Positions 55,186 through 63,182 of a stretch of 64,000 bases of DNA are shown in pieces (the stretch's first letter is position 1; the number at the start of each line of letters is the position of its first letter). Under the pieces are notes generated by a model. The model was given only the letters and a program-made list of their open reading frames with translations. It had not been told where the DNA came from and made no database searches. Position numbers and translations under genes: made by a program. This DNA comes from a virus: positions 25,748-89,747 of IMG/VR virus record IMGVR_UViG_3300002835_000007; one strand, 5' to 3'.

Positions 55186-55725
55186 ATGAAAAATTTAAAT
55201 GACGTAAGATTAATGGCAGAAACATTAATGACAAAACAATTCACGTTTAACACGTACCATGGGGTTTATACATTGAGTGGTGAACAATTAGGTTATACGT
55301 TTAAGTTTGATAGTGCAAAACGTAGATTTGGTTGCTGTAGTTATGGTAAAAAAACTATTGGTTTATCTATGCCACTATGTAATGAAAATTTAGATAAAAT
55401 AGACACAAAGATTACTGACACTATGTTGCACGAATTGGCACACGCATTTTGTGTTCACGTGTATGGTGTAAGGGACGGAAGAGGTCATGGGTACAATTGG
55501 CAACATATTGCAAAACAAATTGGTTGTGACGCTAAAAGATGTTTTAGTAGTGATAGTGTTAATTTACCTAAATCAAAATATACTTTGTTATGTGAGAGTT
55601 GTGGTAAAGAAACACCAAAACACAAAGTGATTAGAAAGACTTATGCTTGTGCTAAATGTTGTGATGAACATAACAACGGAAAATTCAGTTATGATTATCA
55701 ATTAAAATTAGTTACGAATTATTAA
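55186..55725 (+). CDS. SprT-like zinc metalloprotease-domain protein with C-terminal zinc ribbon
   Basis: 179 aa; HExxH in an SprT context (TMLHELAHAFCVHVYG...GHGYNWQ) and CESCGKE...CAKCC. Confidence 0.55.
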   Translation: MKNLNDVRLMAETLMTKQFTFNTYHGVYTLSGEQLGYTFKFDSAKRRFGCCSYGKKTIGLSMPLCNENLDKIDTKITDTMLHELAHAFCVHVYGVRDGRGHGYNWQHIAKQIGCDAKRCFSSDSVNLPKSKYTLLCESCGKETPKHKVIRKTYACAKCCDEHNNGKFSYDYQLKLVTNY

Positions 55726-55763
55726 AAAAGATTTGCATAAGTGAAAACTTATGCTTATCTTTG
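55725..55763 (+). repeat. 40-bp repeated promoter element, copy 1: AAAAAGATTTG-[GCATAAGTGAAAACTTATGC]-TTATCTTTG
   Basis: -33 TTTG 55732-55735; perfect 7-bp-stem hairpin 55735-55754 inside the 20-nt spacer; -7 TATCTTTG 55756-55763. Identical copies at 58855-58894 and 60115-60155. Confidence 0.7.
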
Positions 55764-55785
55764 ATTAAACAAAACAATAAAAGTT

Positions 55786-56016
55786 ATGAAAGATTTATTT
55801 GAAACACCAGAGTTGATACCAAACGAAGTACAAGCAATATTGGAATCATTTGATGAGGATAGTGGAAACACCTATTTTGAGTTAGATAGGATATTGAGTG
55901 AGATAGAACCATTGGGTTATACCTTTGATTACTATTTGGACGCAGAACCATATGGGTTAAGACCTATGGGTATGGAATTGGAAGAGTTAGAGGGTTGGGA
56001 ACATATTAATGATTAA
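55786..56016 (+). CDS. hypothetical acidic protein
   Basis: 76 aa ORF; promoter with a hairpin-containing spacer upstream. Confidence 0.4.
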   Translation: MKDLFETPELIPNEVQAILESFDEDSGNTYFELDRILSEIEPLGYTFDYYLDAEPYGLRPMGMELEELEGWEHIND

Positions 56017-56278
56017 TGTTATGAAAATAGTTAAAAGTTGTTTACGTAGTACTGACGATATAAAATACGAGAGGGTATTAGAAACAAGTACACACATTTA
56101 TTTTTATCCAATGGGCGACCACAAAGATAAAAAATTATTTGCTAAAAAACATAATAGGGTTATGAATCTAATTGCCGAGGGTGATTATGTTGATAATGAG
56201 ATAATGGAAATTTTTGCAAGTGGGAATTATAGTTGGGTAAGTAAGAAATTTGAAAATAAATTTGGAAAATTGAAATAG
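56009..56278 (+). CDS. hypothetical protein
   Basis: 89 aa ORF. Confidence 0.4.
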   Translation: MINVMKIVKSCLRSTDDIKYERVLETSTHIYFYPMGDHKDKKLFAKKHNRVMNLIAEGDYVDNEIMEIFASGNYSWVSKKFENKFGKLK

Positions 56279-56292
56279 TTTATTTATCTTTG
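56260..56292 (+). promoter_or_regulatory. Bacteroidota-type promoter (TTTG / 21 nt / TATCTTTG)
   Basis: TTTG 56260-56263; TATCTTTG 56285-56292; ATG 56317. Confidence 0.5.
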
Positions 56293-56316
56293 TTGAAACA
56301 ATTAAAAACAAATATT

Positions 56317-57156
56317 ATGAGAAATGAATTTAACAATTTAGTAGAAACTTTAAAACGTTGGGACTTGTATCAAATAGGTGATGAAGTTGATATGGCGTTG
56401 ACAGATTTGTCTGATAAGATAGCAGAAGTTGAAAAACGTATTGAATGTGTTAAACGTACTAATGTTGATAGTCACGAGATACTATTTACTAATCAAGTTA
56501 AATTGGAAGAAAGTATTGGGTATGATAATGTAGAGATACTACAAAGAAGTGTTACTGATATTAACATTGCATTAGATTTAACCATTAATGAACCAATAGA
56601 GTGTAATTGGTATGGTTTATTCGAAGAACCAAAAGAAGAAATAGAGGATAAATTTAAACCTAGAAGTGTAGCAGAATATGTTGCAACATTACCCAAGGAA
56701 GAACCAAAGGTATTAATACCAAAAGATAGTATTGTTGAGTGGAAAGAAACAAGACAATATTATAGTGTTAATGGTGGTGCTAAAGCGAGAGTAACCGAAG
56801 ACTATACAACGGAACACGAAAGTAACGATAATTGTGTTAAAGTTGAATGGTTGGATGAAAAAGCAAATAACCAACAAAATGGTGGCTATTTTAGAGATAT
56901 GTTTAAAGAAGACTTTGAGTTACCAAGTGTACCAACTTTTTTATGTTATTCAGATGATAACCATAATATTGTAAAAGACATTATTGCGAAGTTAAAAGTA
57001 ATTGATGTTGACGGAGAAACTATGCAGTATATCTTAAAGGAAGTTGGTATGGAAGACCAAATGTTAAGGCAACTAATAATGAGTAGTACTGAAAGTAATA
57101 CAAAAGATTTGTTGGAAGAGAAACGAATTTTGAGTAACCAAGGTAAATTAGTTTAA
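56317..57156 (+). CDS. hypothetical protein
   Basis: Track start 56290 is a TTG inside the -7 box; ATG at 56317 (MRNEFNNLVETLKRW...). Confidence 0.45.
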   Translation: MRNEFNNLVETLKRWDLYQIGDEVDMALTDLSDKIAEVEKRIECVKRTNVDSHEILFTNQVKLEESIGYDNVEILQRSVTDINIALDLTINEPIECNWYGLFEEPKEEIEDKFKPRSVAEYVATLPKEEPKVLIPKDSIVEWKETRQYYSVNGGAKARVTEDYTTEHESNDNCVKVEWLDEKANNQQNGGYFRDMFKEDFELPSVPTFLCYSDDNHNIVKDIIAKLKVIDVDGETMQYILKEVGMEDQMLRQLIMSSTESNTKDLLEEKRILSNQGKLV

Positions 57157-57169
57157 AATAAAATTAAAA

Positions 57170-57216
57170 AGATTGGATGAATGTTATTGTTTATCCAATC
57201 TTTATTCTTATATTTG
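57170..57216 (+). promoter_or_regulatory. hairpin (AGATTGGAT...ATCCAATCT) followed by -7 TATATTTG
   Basis: 9-bp stem 57170-57178/57193-57201; TATATTTG 57209-57216; preceded by AAAAAGATTGG. Confidence 0.45.
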
Positions 57217-57246
57217 TTAAACAAACCAATTAAAACTTTAGAACCT

Positions 57247-57441
57247 ATGGATTATAGTATGTATTTATTTAGCAACCTTATCAAATTTTATGACAAGGAA
57301 TTTGCTGACGCTTGTTATGACGAGCAATGGGATGATTTGCCAAGTTTATATGATGAGTATGACAAAAGCAAATTCAATGTTGACACCAAAGGTGAATACG
57401 AATGTATGGAAAATTTCTTAAAAGATAAGTACAACAAATAA
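57247..57441 (+). CDS. small acidic protein
   Basis: Track start 57181 is inside a hairpin; ATG at 57247 (MDYSMYLFSNLIKFYDKEF...). Confidence 0.35.
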   Translation: MDYSMYLFSNLIKFYDKEFADACYDEQWDDLPSLYDEYDKSKFNVDTKGEYECMENFLKDKYNK

Positions 57442-57444
57442 TTT

Positions 57445-57495
57445 AATAATAATCCAATTTATATTTGGTAGATTGGATTATTATTCTTATATTTG
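57445..57495 (+). repeat. hairpin-promoter element, copy 1 (AATAATCCAAT-TTATATTTGGTAG-ATTGGATTATT + TATATTTG)
   Basis: 11-bp stem 57448-57458/57472-57482 with the -33 TTTG (57465-57468) in the loop; -7 at 57488-57495. Near-identical copy at 61908-61958. Confidence 0.65.
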
Positions 57496-57517
57496 TTAAA
57501 CATTAAAAATAAAGATT

Positions 57518-57955
57518 ATGGGAAGTTTTAGTTGGAACAAAGCAGATGAATTAACGAACACTGAAAATGTTGCTTATGGTACACCTTTTAAATTCTTAAT
57601 ACCAAAAGAATTTGGTGGTGGGTTTATCAAAGATTACTATCAAGATTATGGTGAACTAGGAACAAAAGAAATTAGTGGTGAACCTAAATACGATATGTAT
57701 GAACTATTAGCATTTTGGAACAATGCAGAGGATTTGAAATTTGAGGGTGAATATCCATTGATGAAACAAATTGATGAACATACTGATTACAATAGAAGTA
57801 AAGGTATTGACATTGGTTGTTACGATGAACAAATATTAAAACTTAAATACCCTTTAAAATTAGTTTCAGCTTCATTCAAAGGTACGTATGAAGATTTGGA
57901 GACTTGTAGTTTAGGTGACCCCGACCAAGGGTTTTTTCCAAGAAGAAGAAATTAA
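57518..57955 (+). CDS. hypothetical protein
   Basis: 145 aa ORF. Confidence 0.45.
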   Translation: MGSFSWNKADELTNTENVAYGTPFKFLIPKEFGGGFIKDYYQDYGELGTKEISGEPKYDMYELLAFWNNAEDLKFEGEYPLMKQIDEHTDYNRSKGIDIGCYDEQILKLKYPLKLVSASFKGTYEDLETCSLGDPDQGFFPRRRN

Positions 57956-57969
57956 AAATAATTTAAAAA

Positions 57970-58015
57970 TAACCTATCAAATATTTGGTAGGTTATTTTA
58001 TTTTTACTATATTTG
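57970..58015 (+). promoter_or_regulatory. hairpin with -33 in loop (TAACCTA-TCAAATATTTGG-TAGGTTA) + -7 TATATTTG
   Basis: TTTG 57985-57988; TATATTTG 58008-58015; ATG 58039. Confidence 0.5.
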
Positions 58016-58038
58016 TATTGTAATCAAAAACAAACATT

Positions 58039-58455
58039 ATGAAAACTAAAAGAGAATTAGCAGAAAAACAAATTGAGTTACAAAACAGAGTTAATGCAGT
58101 AGCAAGTATTAATATTGTAACGTGTGGAAATTGTGGTAGTGTATTATTACACGATAGAATGGATTCTGAAATTGAATGTGCGTGTTGCAAGTCAGTAATG
58201 GATTTATCTGATTGTCCCGATTTATGGTATGAGGGTTGCCAAAATAATAGTGAGTTTGACGAAGAAGAAATCTTAACAAAACAAATTAGTGTTGAAGACG
58301 TTGTAAGGGTTGCTATGGATTTAAAAATGAATCCGAGTATTGCAGAGATTAACGAAGTATTAAAATACTACGATAGTGAAGCAGAGGAAGACAAAACGGC
58401 AACGTGGGAATTGATTGTGGAGAACTTATTGTATAATTGTGTTGCACCAAAATAA
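58039..58455 (+). CDS. hypothetical protein with Cys4 zinc-ribbon motif
   Basis: 138 aa; CGNCGS...CACC. Confidence 0.45.
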   Translation: MKTKRELAEKQIELQNRVNAVASINIVTCGNCGSVLLHDRMDSEIECACCKSVMDLSDCPDLWYEGCQNNSEFDEEEILTKQISVEDVVRVAMDLKMNPSIAEINEVLKYYDSEAEEDKTATWELIVENLLYNCVAPK

Positions 58456-58477
58456 TTTAAAATAAAATAACAAAAGA

Positions 58478-58509
58478 TTTGGATAATCGAAATATTATCC
58501 TTATCTTTG
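58478..58509 (+). promoter_or_regulatory. promoter AAAAGATTTG-[GGATAATCGAAATATTATCC]-TTATCTTTG
   Basis: TTTG 58478-58481; 7-bp-stem hairpin 58481-58500 in the spacer; TATCTTTG 58502-58509; ATG 58537. Confidence 0.5.
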
Positions 58510-58536
58510 TTTCACAAACAAATTAAAACTAATATT

Positions 58537-58845
58537 ATGAATGACATCGCAAAATTAAAAAGTTTAATATCTGAAGTTAAAGATATTGATAGACCAAAGT
58601 TTGACAGAGTATACAATGAAGTACTTTTTCCAAGAATGGTTAACGTGGCAGAAAAATGGAAAAAAAATGAATTGTCCATTGGTAGTTATCAAAATGATGA
58701 TACACACAACAAAGTAGTTGGTGAATTATTTGATGATAGCAATCTACAAAGATTGGTTGAAACCAAAATGAAACCTTACCTTGAAGAAAAAGGATTCAAA
58801 GTTGTTATTTGCAGTCCGAGTTATTATGTTTATATTCGTTGGTAA
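58537..58845 (+). CDS. hypothetical protein
   Basis: Track start 58507 is a TTG inside the -7 box; ATG at 58537 (MNDIAKLKSLISEV...). Confidence 0.4.
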   Translation: MNDIAKLKSLISEVKDIDRPKFDRVYNEVLFPRMVNVAEKWKKNELSIGSYQNDDTHNKVVGELFDDSNLQRLVETKMKPYLEEKGFKVVICSPSYYVYIRW

Positions 58846-58854
58846 AATAAATTA

Positions 58855-58894
58855 AAAAAAGATTTGCATAAGTGAAAACTTATGCTTATCTTTG
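58855..58894 (+). repeat. 40-bp repeated promoter element, copy 2
   Basis: AAAAAAAGATTTGCATAAGTGAAAACTTATGCTTATCTTTG; -33 58863-58866; hairpin 58866-58885; -7 58887-58894. Confidence 0.7.
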
Positions 58895-58920
58895 TTTCAC
58901 AAACAAAAACAATAAGAGTT

Positions 58921-59184
58921 ATGGCAACAATGACAAAGACAGAATTTTTCGCAAAGTATGGTGGTGGATTGGTAGTGGCAGAAGAGGATAGTGTAGAATA
59001 TGGTGACTATCTTTTTTTACACCCCGAAGAAATTGATAGGGTGAAAGAATTTGATACGGAAGAGTATCAAGTTGTATCGGTACACGAAACCGAGGACGGA
59101 GAAGACATCGTTGATATGGGCGACATTGACTATGGTACACAACCATACAAATATGGTTATTTTGTAATTGAAAAAGGAATTTAG
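58921..59184 (+). CDS. small acidic protein
   Basis: Track start 58882 is inside the repeated hairpin; ATG at 58921 (MATMTKTEFFAKYGG...). Confidence 0.4.
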   Translation: MATMTKTEFFAKYGGGLVVAEEDSVEYGDYLFLHPEEIDRVKEFDTEEYQVVSVHETEDGEDIVDMGDIDYGTQPYKYGYFVIEKGI

Positions 59185-59187
59185 ATT

Positions 59188-59514
59188 ATGACACCAAGTG
59201 AAGTAAGAAACAAGTTAGAACTATTAGGGTTAATAGTGAATAACAAAGCAGTATCTTTTACAAAGTTTAAGAGTATTGCAGACGCACACCAATATGGTAG
59301 CAGAGGGAATAAAATCTACATAGTATTTTATGGACACCCAAAAGAAAATATGTTTGCGTTTTATCCCCCACAAACGACTAAAAAAGAGTCTATGGATATA
59401 GCATACCAATATTATCTTACAATGGTTGAGAACGCAGATATAAACGAATTTACCTATGGTAACGTTTGTTGGACTGATAGGGGTTATCCATTAAACTATC
59501 GCAAAGTGGGGTGA
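59188..59514 (+). CDS. hypothetical protein
   Basis: 108 aa ORF; the stop lies inside the terminator hairpin. Confidence 0.45.
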   Translation: MTPSEVRNKLELLGLIVNNKAVSFTKFKSIADAHQYGSRGNKIYIVFYGHPKENMFAFYPPQTTKKESMDIAYQYYLTMVENADINEFTYGNVCWTDRGYPLNYRKVG

Positions 59515-59527
59515 CCCACTTTTTTTG
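59505..59527 (+). terminator. rho-independent terminator
   Basis: GTGGGGTGACCCAC followed by TTTTTTT; overlaps the stop codon. Confidence 0.8.
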
Positions 59528-59545
59528 TGCGTGTAAAAAAATAAA

Positions 59546-59636
59546 AGGCACGTTGGAGTCTACTCTTCCATTCCCACGGCACGTCTAACTTGACAATACA
59601 AAGATTGCAATAATAATTGACATATGCAAGTAAAAT
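59546..59636 (+). repeat. ~90-bp intergenic repeat, copy D
   Basis: GGCACGTTGGAGTCTACTCTTCCATTCCCACGGCACGTCT...GACAATACAAAGATTGCAATAATAATTGACATATGCAAG; follows terminator 59505-59527. The tail TATGCAAG is shared with copy B. Confidence 0.65.
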
Positions 59637-59673
59637 AGCAAAAAAAATAATTTTATTTTTTTTTAATAAAAGT

Positions 59674-59704
59674 GTTGTGGGAATGGAAATAATTACTATC
59701 TTTG
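59674..59704 (+). promoter_or_regulatory. promoter (-7 TATCTTTG 59697-59704; weak -33 GTTG; upstream GGGAATGGAAATAAT)
   Basis: ATG at 59729. Confidence 0.45.
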
Positions 59705-59728
59705 TAGAGAACAATTAAACAAACGATT

Positions 59729-60106
59729 ATGAAACGAATTAAAGTTAGATTCAATTTAGGTAGAGGTAAGAACTTTATGAAATGGAAAGTTCAATACCCT
59801 AATGGTGAAGTTGAATATTATGACCCTACAAGCACTCAATTGGTGATGGTGAATTGTCAGTTAGGCAACCATAAGAAAGTCGCTGAAAAGATTTATAATG
59901 GGGGTGAAAAAGTTGTGTGTGCGTGGGTATTGTGTGAATCAATTGTGATTAACACAAATAAGTTTTTACAACTTGATACCTATTGTCATAGAATTAAATA
60001 CAATCCAAGGGTGCAACCAAATTGGTTGTTAAATGGTGAAGTAGTGGATAATCAAAAGTATGAACAAATTGGTAGTGTTGATTTTGGTTTATATAAAATA
60101 ATATAA
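59729..60106 (+). CDS. hypothetical protein
   Basis: 125 aa ORF. Confidence 0.45.
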   Translation: MKRIKVRFNLGRGKNFMKWKVQYPNGEVEYYDPTSTQLVMVNCQLGNHKKVAEKIYNGGEKVVCAWVLCESIVINTNKFLQLDTYCHRIKYNPRVQPNWLLNGEVVDNQKYEQIGSVDFGLYKII

Positions 60107-60114
60107 AACATTTT

Positions 60115-60155
60115 TAAAAAAGATTTGCATAAGTGAAAACTTATGCTTATCTTTG
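60115..60155 (+). repeat. 40-bp repeated promoter element, copy 3
   Basis: AAAAAAGATTTGCATAAGTGAAAACTTATGCTTATCTTTG; -33 60124-60127; hairpin 60127-60146; -7 60148-60155; ATG 60178. Confidence 0.7.
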
Positions 60156-60177
60156 ATAAACATTAAAACAAAACATT

Positions 60178-60390
60178 ATGAGTGAAGAAAAAGTTTATTT
60201 AGGACAAATTGAAAAAGGGTTAACAAAAGTAAAAGTATATTACAATCCGAATGGTTACGTAATTGACATTTACTTTAATGGTAGAATCCAAGCAGAGTGT
60301 GAGTTATTAGATGACGACCACGTATGGAGAGAATTGAAAGAAAGAGGTTTTAAAAAATCTTTTATAAAAGTTATAATTTCTATGTTATAA
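60178..60390 (+). CDS. hypothetical protein
   Basis: 70 aa ORF. Confidence 0.4.
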   Translation: MSEEKVYLGQIEKGLTKVKVYYNPNGYVIDIYFNGRIQAECELLDDDHVWRELKERGFKKSFIKVIISML

Positions 60391-60391
60391 A

Positions 60392-60445
60392 TTTGGAATT
60401 AACAAAAATAGTAATTATATTTGTAGTGTATTAATCAATAAAAAT
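60392..60445 (+). promoter_or_regulatory. promoter ATTTGGAATTAACAAAAATAG / TATATTTG / GTATTAATCAATAAAAAT class
   Basis: TTTG 60392-60395; TATATTTG 60416-60423; ATG 60454. Confidence 0.5.
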
Positions 60446-60453
60446 AAATAGTT

Positions 60454-61293
60454 ATGCCAAACTGGATTACAAACAACGTAAGAATCATTGCTGATGAAAC
60501 TTTATTAGCAAAGATTAGAGAAGAAGTAAAAGGAACACCATATAGTAATGGTGAAGACAAAGAATTTGATTTTAATCAAATTGCACCAATACCAACTGAA
60601 TTGGTAGGTACAACAAGTCCTTGTCGCATTATTACACAAGAGGAATACGATATACAAGAGGAACGTATTACCAAAGGTGAATTAACGGAAAGTGAAGTAC
60701 GTTTTGGAGTATCGAGAGGTATTACAAAAGAAATGCACGATGATTTTATTGAACGATTTGGTTATGCTGATTGGTATGGGTGGCAAATTAGTAATTGGGG
60801 TACAAAGTGGAACGCAAGTGATGTGTATTGGAGTGATGATAATGAGAGTGTAAGTTTTAATACTGCGTGGAGTACACCTTTCAACTTATTTTTAAAACTA
60901 TCTGAAAAATATCCCGAAGCACGTATTGAAGTTGAATATGCTGATGAAGACTTTGGTTACAATGTAGGAACTTATACTTTGGTAGGTGGAGTTGAAATTG
61001 AAGAAAATGTACCCGAAGGTGGCACACGTGAAGCATACGAAATGGCTCTTAATATTCAAGGTGGTGAAGACTATTATTTAGGTGATGATTTTTGTGATGT
61101 AGATGAAGACGAGGAATTATCAAAGTTTACAAATTCAATGATTGAAATTGCATACGATAGAGATTATATGCCAACCGAGGATTGTGGCTATGCAAGGAAT
61201 GTGTTGGAACGATTTAAAGAGATTGCGTTGGCAAATGAAAACTTTGAGTTGGTTGCAACAATACAAAAGGAATTAGAAAAAGTAGAAAAATAA
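60454..61293 (+). CDS. hypothetical acidic protein
   Basis: 279 aa; MPNWITNNV...; strongly acidic. Confidence 0.45.
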   Translation: MPNWITNNVRIIADETLLAKIREEVKGTPYSNGEDKEFDFNQIAPIPTELVGTTSPCRIITQEEYDIQEERITKGELTESEVRFGVSRGITKEMHDDFIERFGYADWYGWQISNWGTKWNASDVYWSDDNESVSFNTAWSTPFNLFLKLSEKYPEARIEVEYADEDFGYNVGTYTLVGGVEIEENVPEGGTREAYEMALNIQGGEDYYLGDDFCDVDEDEELSKFTNSMIEIAYDRDYMPTEDCGYARNVLERFKEIALANENFELVATIQKELEKVEK

Positions 61294-61300
61294 TTTAAAA

Positions 61301-61346
61301 TAATGGCACTATCATTTGGTAGTGTCATTTCTTTTTACTATCTTTG
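61301..61346 (+). promoter_or_regulatory. hairpin with -33 in loop (AATGGCACTA-TCATTTGG-TAGTGTCATT, one G:T pair) + -7 TATCTTTG
   Basis: TTTG 61315-61318; TATCTTTG 61339-61346; ATG 61372. Confidence 0.5.
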
Positions 61347-61371
61347 TTATAACAAATAAAACATAGAACTT

Positions 61372-61611
61372 ATGACAAACGGAGATTTAAACTTTGACAT
61401 TGATAAAATCAAATGGAATCAAGAATCAATTGAGAATGATATAACTAAAATGGCTATATCAAAAGAAGAGGATTTTAATTTAGATTTTCCTTATCTTATT
61501 GATGTGGAAGATACAAGTTACTCTTATGCTACGGAAGAAGAACGAGATAATGACTATGAAGAATTGTGTAAAATTTTAACAAAAAATACTCAAAAATATT
61601 TTTATAATTGA
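61372..61611 (+). CDS. hypothetical acidic protein
   Basis: 79 aa ORF. Confidence 0.4.
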   Translation: MTNGDLNFDIDKIKWNQESIENDITKMAISKEEDFNLDFPYLIDVEDTSYSYATEEERDNDYEELCKILTKNTQKYFYN

Positions 61612-61652
61612 AATATTATACTTATCTTTGTTAAAACAAAACAATAGAACTT

Positions 61653-61901
61653 ATGAGCAAGCCAAGATTTTTTCAAGCAGTATTAAAAGAAGTAAAAGGA
61701 AATGTGTTAGACCACGTTTACCCTTATTTGAAAGGTGCAGACCAATTAACATTAGAAGAACGTATGGGTAGTTTTAACGCTAATTGTCCAGAGTGTGATT
61801 GTAATAGTTGGATTTTATTACCAAAAGAAAGTGTAGCAGTTACACAAGGTGGGAAACCATATTGTGAGTGTATGAATTGTGGGTTAATGACGCACCTATA
61901 A
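61653..61901 (+). CDS. small zinc-ribbon protein
   Basis: 82 aa; CPECDC...CECMNCG. Confidence 0.4.
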   Translation: MSKPRFFQAVLKEVKGNVLDHVYPYLKGADQLTLEERMGSFNANCPECDCNSWILLPKESVAVTQGGKPYCECMNCGLMTHL

Positions 61902-61907
61902 AATTAT

Positions 61908-61958
61908 TAAAATAATCCAATTTATATTTGGTAGATTGGATTATTATTCTTATCTTTG
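61908..61958 (+). repeat. hairpin-promoter element, copy 2 (near-identical to 57445-57495)
   Basis: AATAATCCAATTTATATTTGGTAGATTGGATTATTATTCTTATCTTTG; -33 61927-61930; -7 61951-61958; ATG 61982. Confidence 0.65.
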
Positions 61959-61981
61959 TTAAAACAATAAAATAAAACAAT

Positions 61982-62494
61982 ATGAAAATCGAATTGAAAA
62001 ACTTAAAAGTTAATGTAGCGTTTAGTGAAGAAACAACTTGTTTTATTGCTGACGTATTTGTAAACGGAAAGAAAGTTGCACACGCTAAAAATGACGGACG
62101 TGGTGGTTGCACCGACTATTATCCTTATGAGGGGCAAAGAGAGTTGTTAAAACAAGCAGAATTATTTTGCAAAGGGTTACCAAAACGAGAATTTACCTTT
62201 GGAGATAAAACACACGAGTTTGACCAAACATTAGAAAGCGTTATTGATGATTTAGTATTTGCCAAAGAAAAAGAAAAAGAGCAAAAAAAGATTGATAAAT
62301 TATGTGAAAACCATATTGTTTGGGGTAAACCTAACGGATATAGTTATAAACAAATTTCATTCAAGGGCAATCCTAAATTTGCAGAGATTAAAAAATCTAT
62401 TACGGGACAAAAATCGTTGGAAAGATTAATTGACCGAGTAAAAGGGGAATTGAAAGTTGGGGAAATTATTTTCAATAAAAATTTGGAATTGTAA
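61982..62494 (+). CDS. hypothetical protein
   Basis: 170 aa ORF. Confidence 0.45.
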   Translation: MKIELKNLKVNVAFSEETTCFIADVFVNGKKVAHAKNDGRGGCTDYYPYEGQRELLKQAELFCKGLPKREFTFGDKTHEFDQTLESVIDDLVFAKEKEKEQKKIDKLCENHIVWGKPNGYSYKQISFKGNPKFAEIKKSITGQKSLERLIDRVKGELKVGEIIFNKNLEL

Positions 62495-62513
62495 TTTCTA
62501 ATTATTATCTTTG
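62482..62513 (+). promoter_or_regulatory. Bacteroidota-type promoter (TTTG / 20 nt / TATCTTTG)
   Basis: TTTG 62482-62485; TATCTTTG 62506-62513; ATG 62542. Confidence 0.5.
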
Positions 62514-62541
62514 ATATTATAAATCAATTAAAACAAATATT

Positions 62542-62835
62542 ATGAACGTAGAAGAAGCAAAAGCAGTATTGAAAGCAAATGGTTACTTTGTAGATAACCT
62601 TTGGCACGTGGAAGACGTTAAGTCTAAATTCAATTGTGATGATGATGAAGCACAATACATTTTGGAGCAGTCTTTGACCAATGAAGCAACAATGGAGCAG
62701 ATTTGGTTTAGTATTGATGAATTTGGAGAAATGGAAAATTTAAAACAAGTAAATGACGATGAAGAAGACCGAAAATTTGTTGATGAAAATTTGGAAGAGT
62801 TTAAAAAAATTGCAGAGCAATTAAAAAAGAAATAA
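62542..62835 (+). CDS. hypothetical acidic protein
   Basis: 97 aa ORF. Confidence 0.4.
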   Translation: MNVEEAKAVLKANGYFVDNLWHVEDVKSKFNCDDDEAQYILEQSLTNEATMEQIWFSIDEFGEMENLKQVNDDEEDRKFVDENLEEFKKIAEQLKKK

Positions 62836-62839
62836 AAAT

Positions 62840-62884
62840 ATATCCCATATTATTTGGTAGTATGGGATATTATTCTTATCTTTG
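62840..62884 (+). promoter_or_regulatory. hairpin with -33 in loop (ATATCCCATA-TTATTTGGTAG-TATGGGATAT) + -7 TATCTTTG
   Basis: 10-bp stem 62840-62849/62861-62870; TTTG 62853-62856; -7 62877-62884; first ATG downstream at 62910. Confidence 0.5.
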
Positions 62885-62909
62885 TATTATAAATAAAACA
62901 ACAAACATT

Positions 62910-63173
62910 ATGAAAACTTTAAAAATTAAAACGGCAGATTTTATCAATTGGATGTATAATAGTGGTGCAGACCAAGACCAAGAGGATATGGCGTTAAACT
63001 TAGGTTATAGAATCATTGAGGGATTATTAGACGGAGGTATAACAATTATGCCACAAGAAATTTTAGATGAGTGTAATCAAGATATTATACCTTTGAGTAT
63101 TGTTATAGGGTACGAAAATTCTGATGAGGAAATTGGTGAAGTATTTGATGACTATGAAGTTGAACTAATCTAA
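62910..63173 (+). CDS. hypothetical acidic protein
   Basis: Track start 62862 is inside a hairpin; ATG at 62910 (MKTLKIKTADFINW...). Confidence 0.4.
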   Translation: MKTLKIKTADFINWMYNSGADQDQEDMALNLGYRIIEGLLDGGITIMPQEILDECNQDIIPLSIVIGYENSDEEIGEVFDDYEVELI

Positions 63174-63182
63174 TCAAACGTT

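Noticed and set aside
52271-59636. Possibility that the repeated ~90-bp and 40-bp elements form a CRISPR array
   Set aside because: Copies are 1.2-4.5 kb apart with genes between them. They are not interspersed with short unique spacers, and there are no cas genes.
7946-62909. ORF-track start codons at 7946, 9121, 14565, 20834, 23481, 23674, 35322, 39929, 49085, 50743, 56290, 57181, 58507, 58882 and 62862
   Set aside because: These are TTG, GTG or internal starts that fall inside the upstream gene, inside the -7 promoter box or inside intergenic hairpins. I moved the genes to the first downstream ATG.
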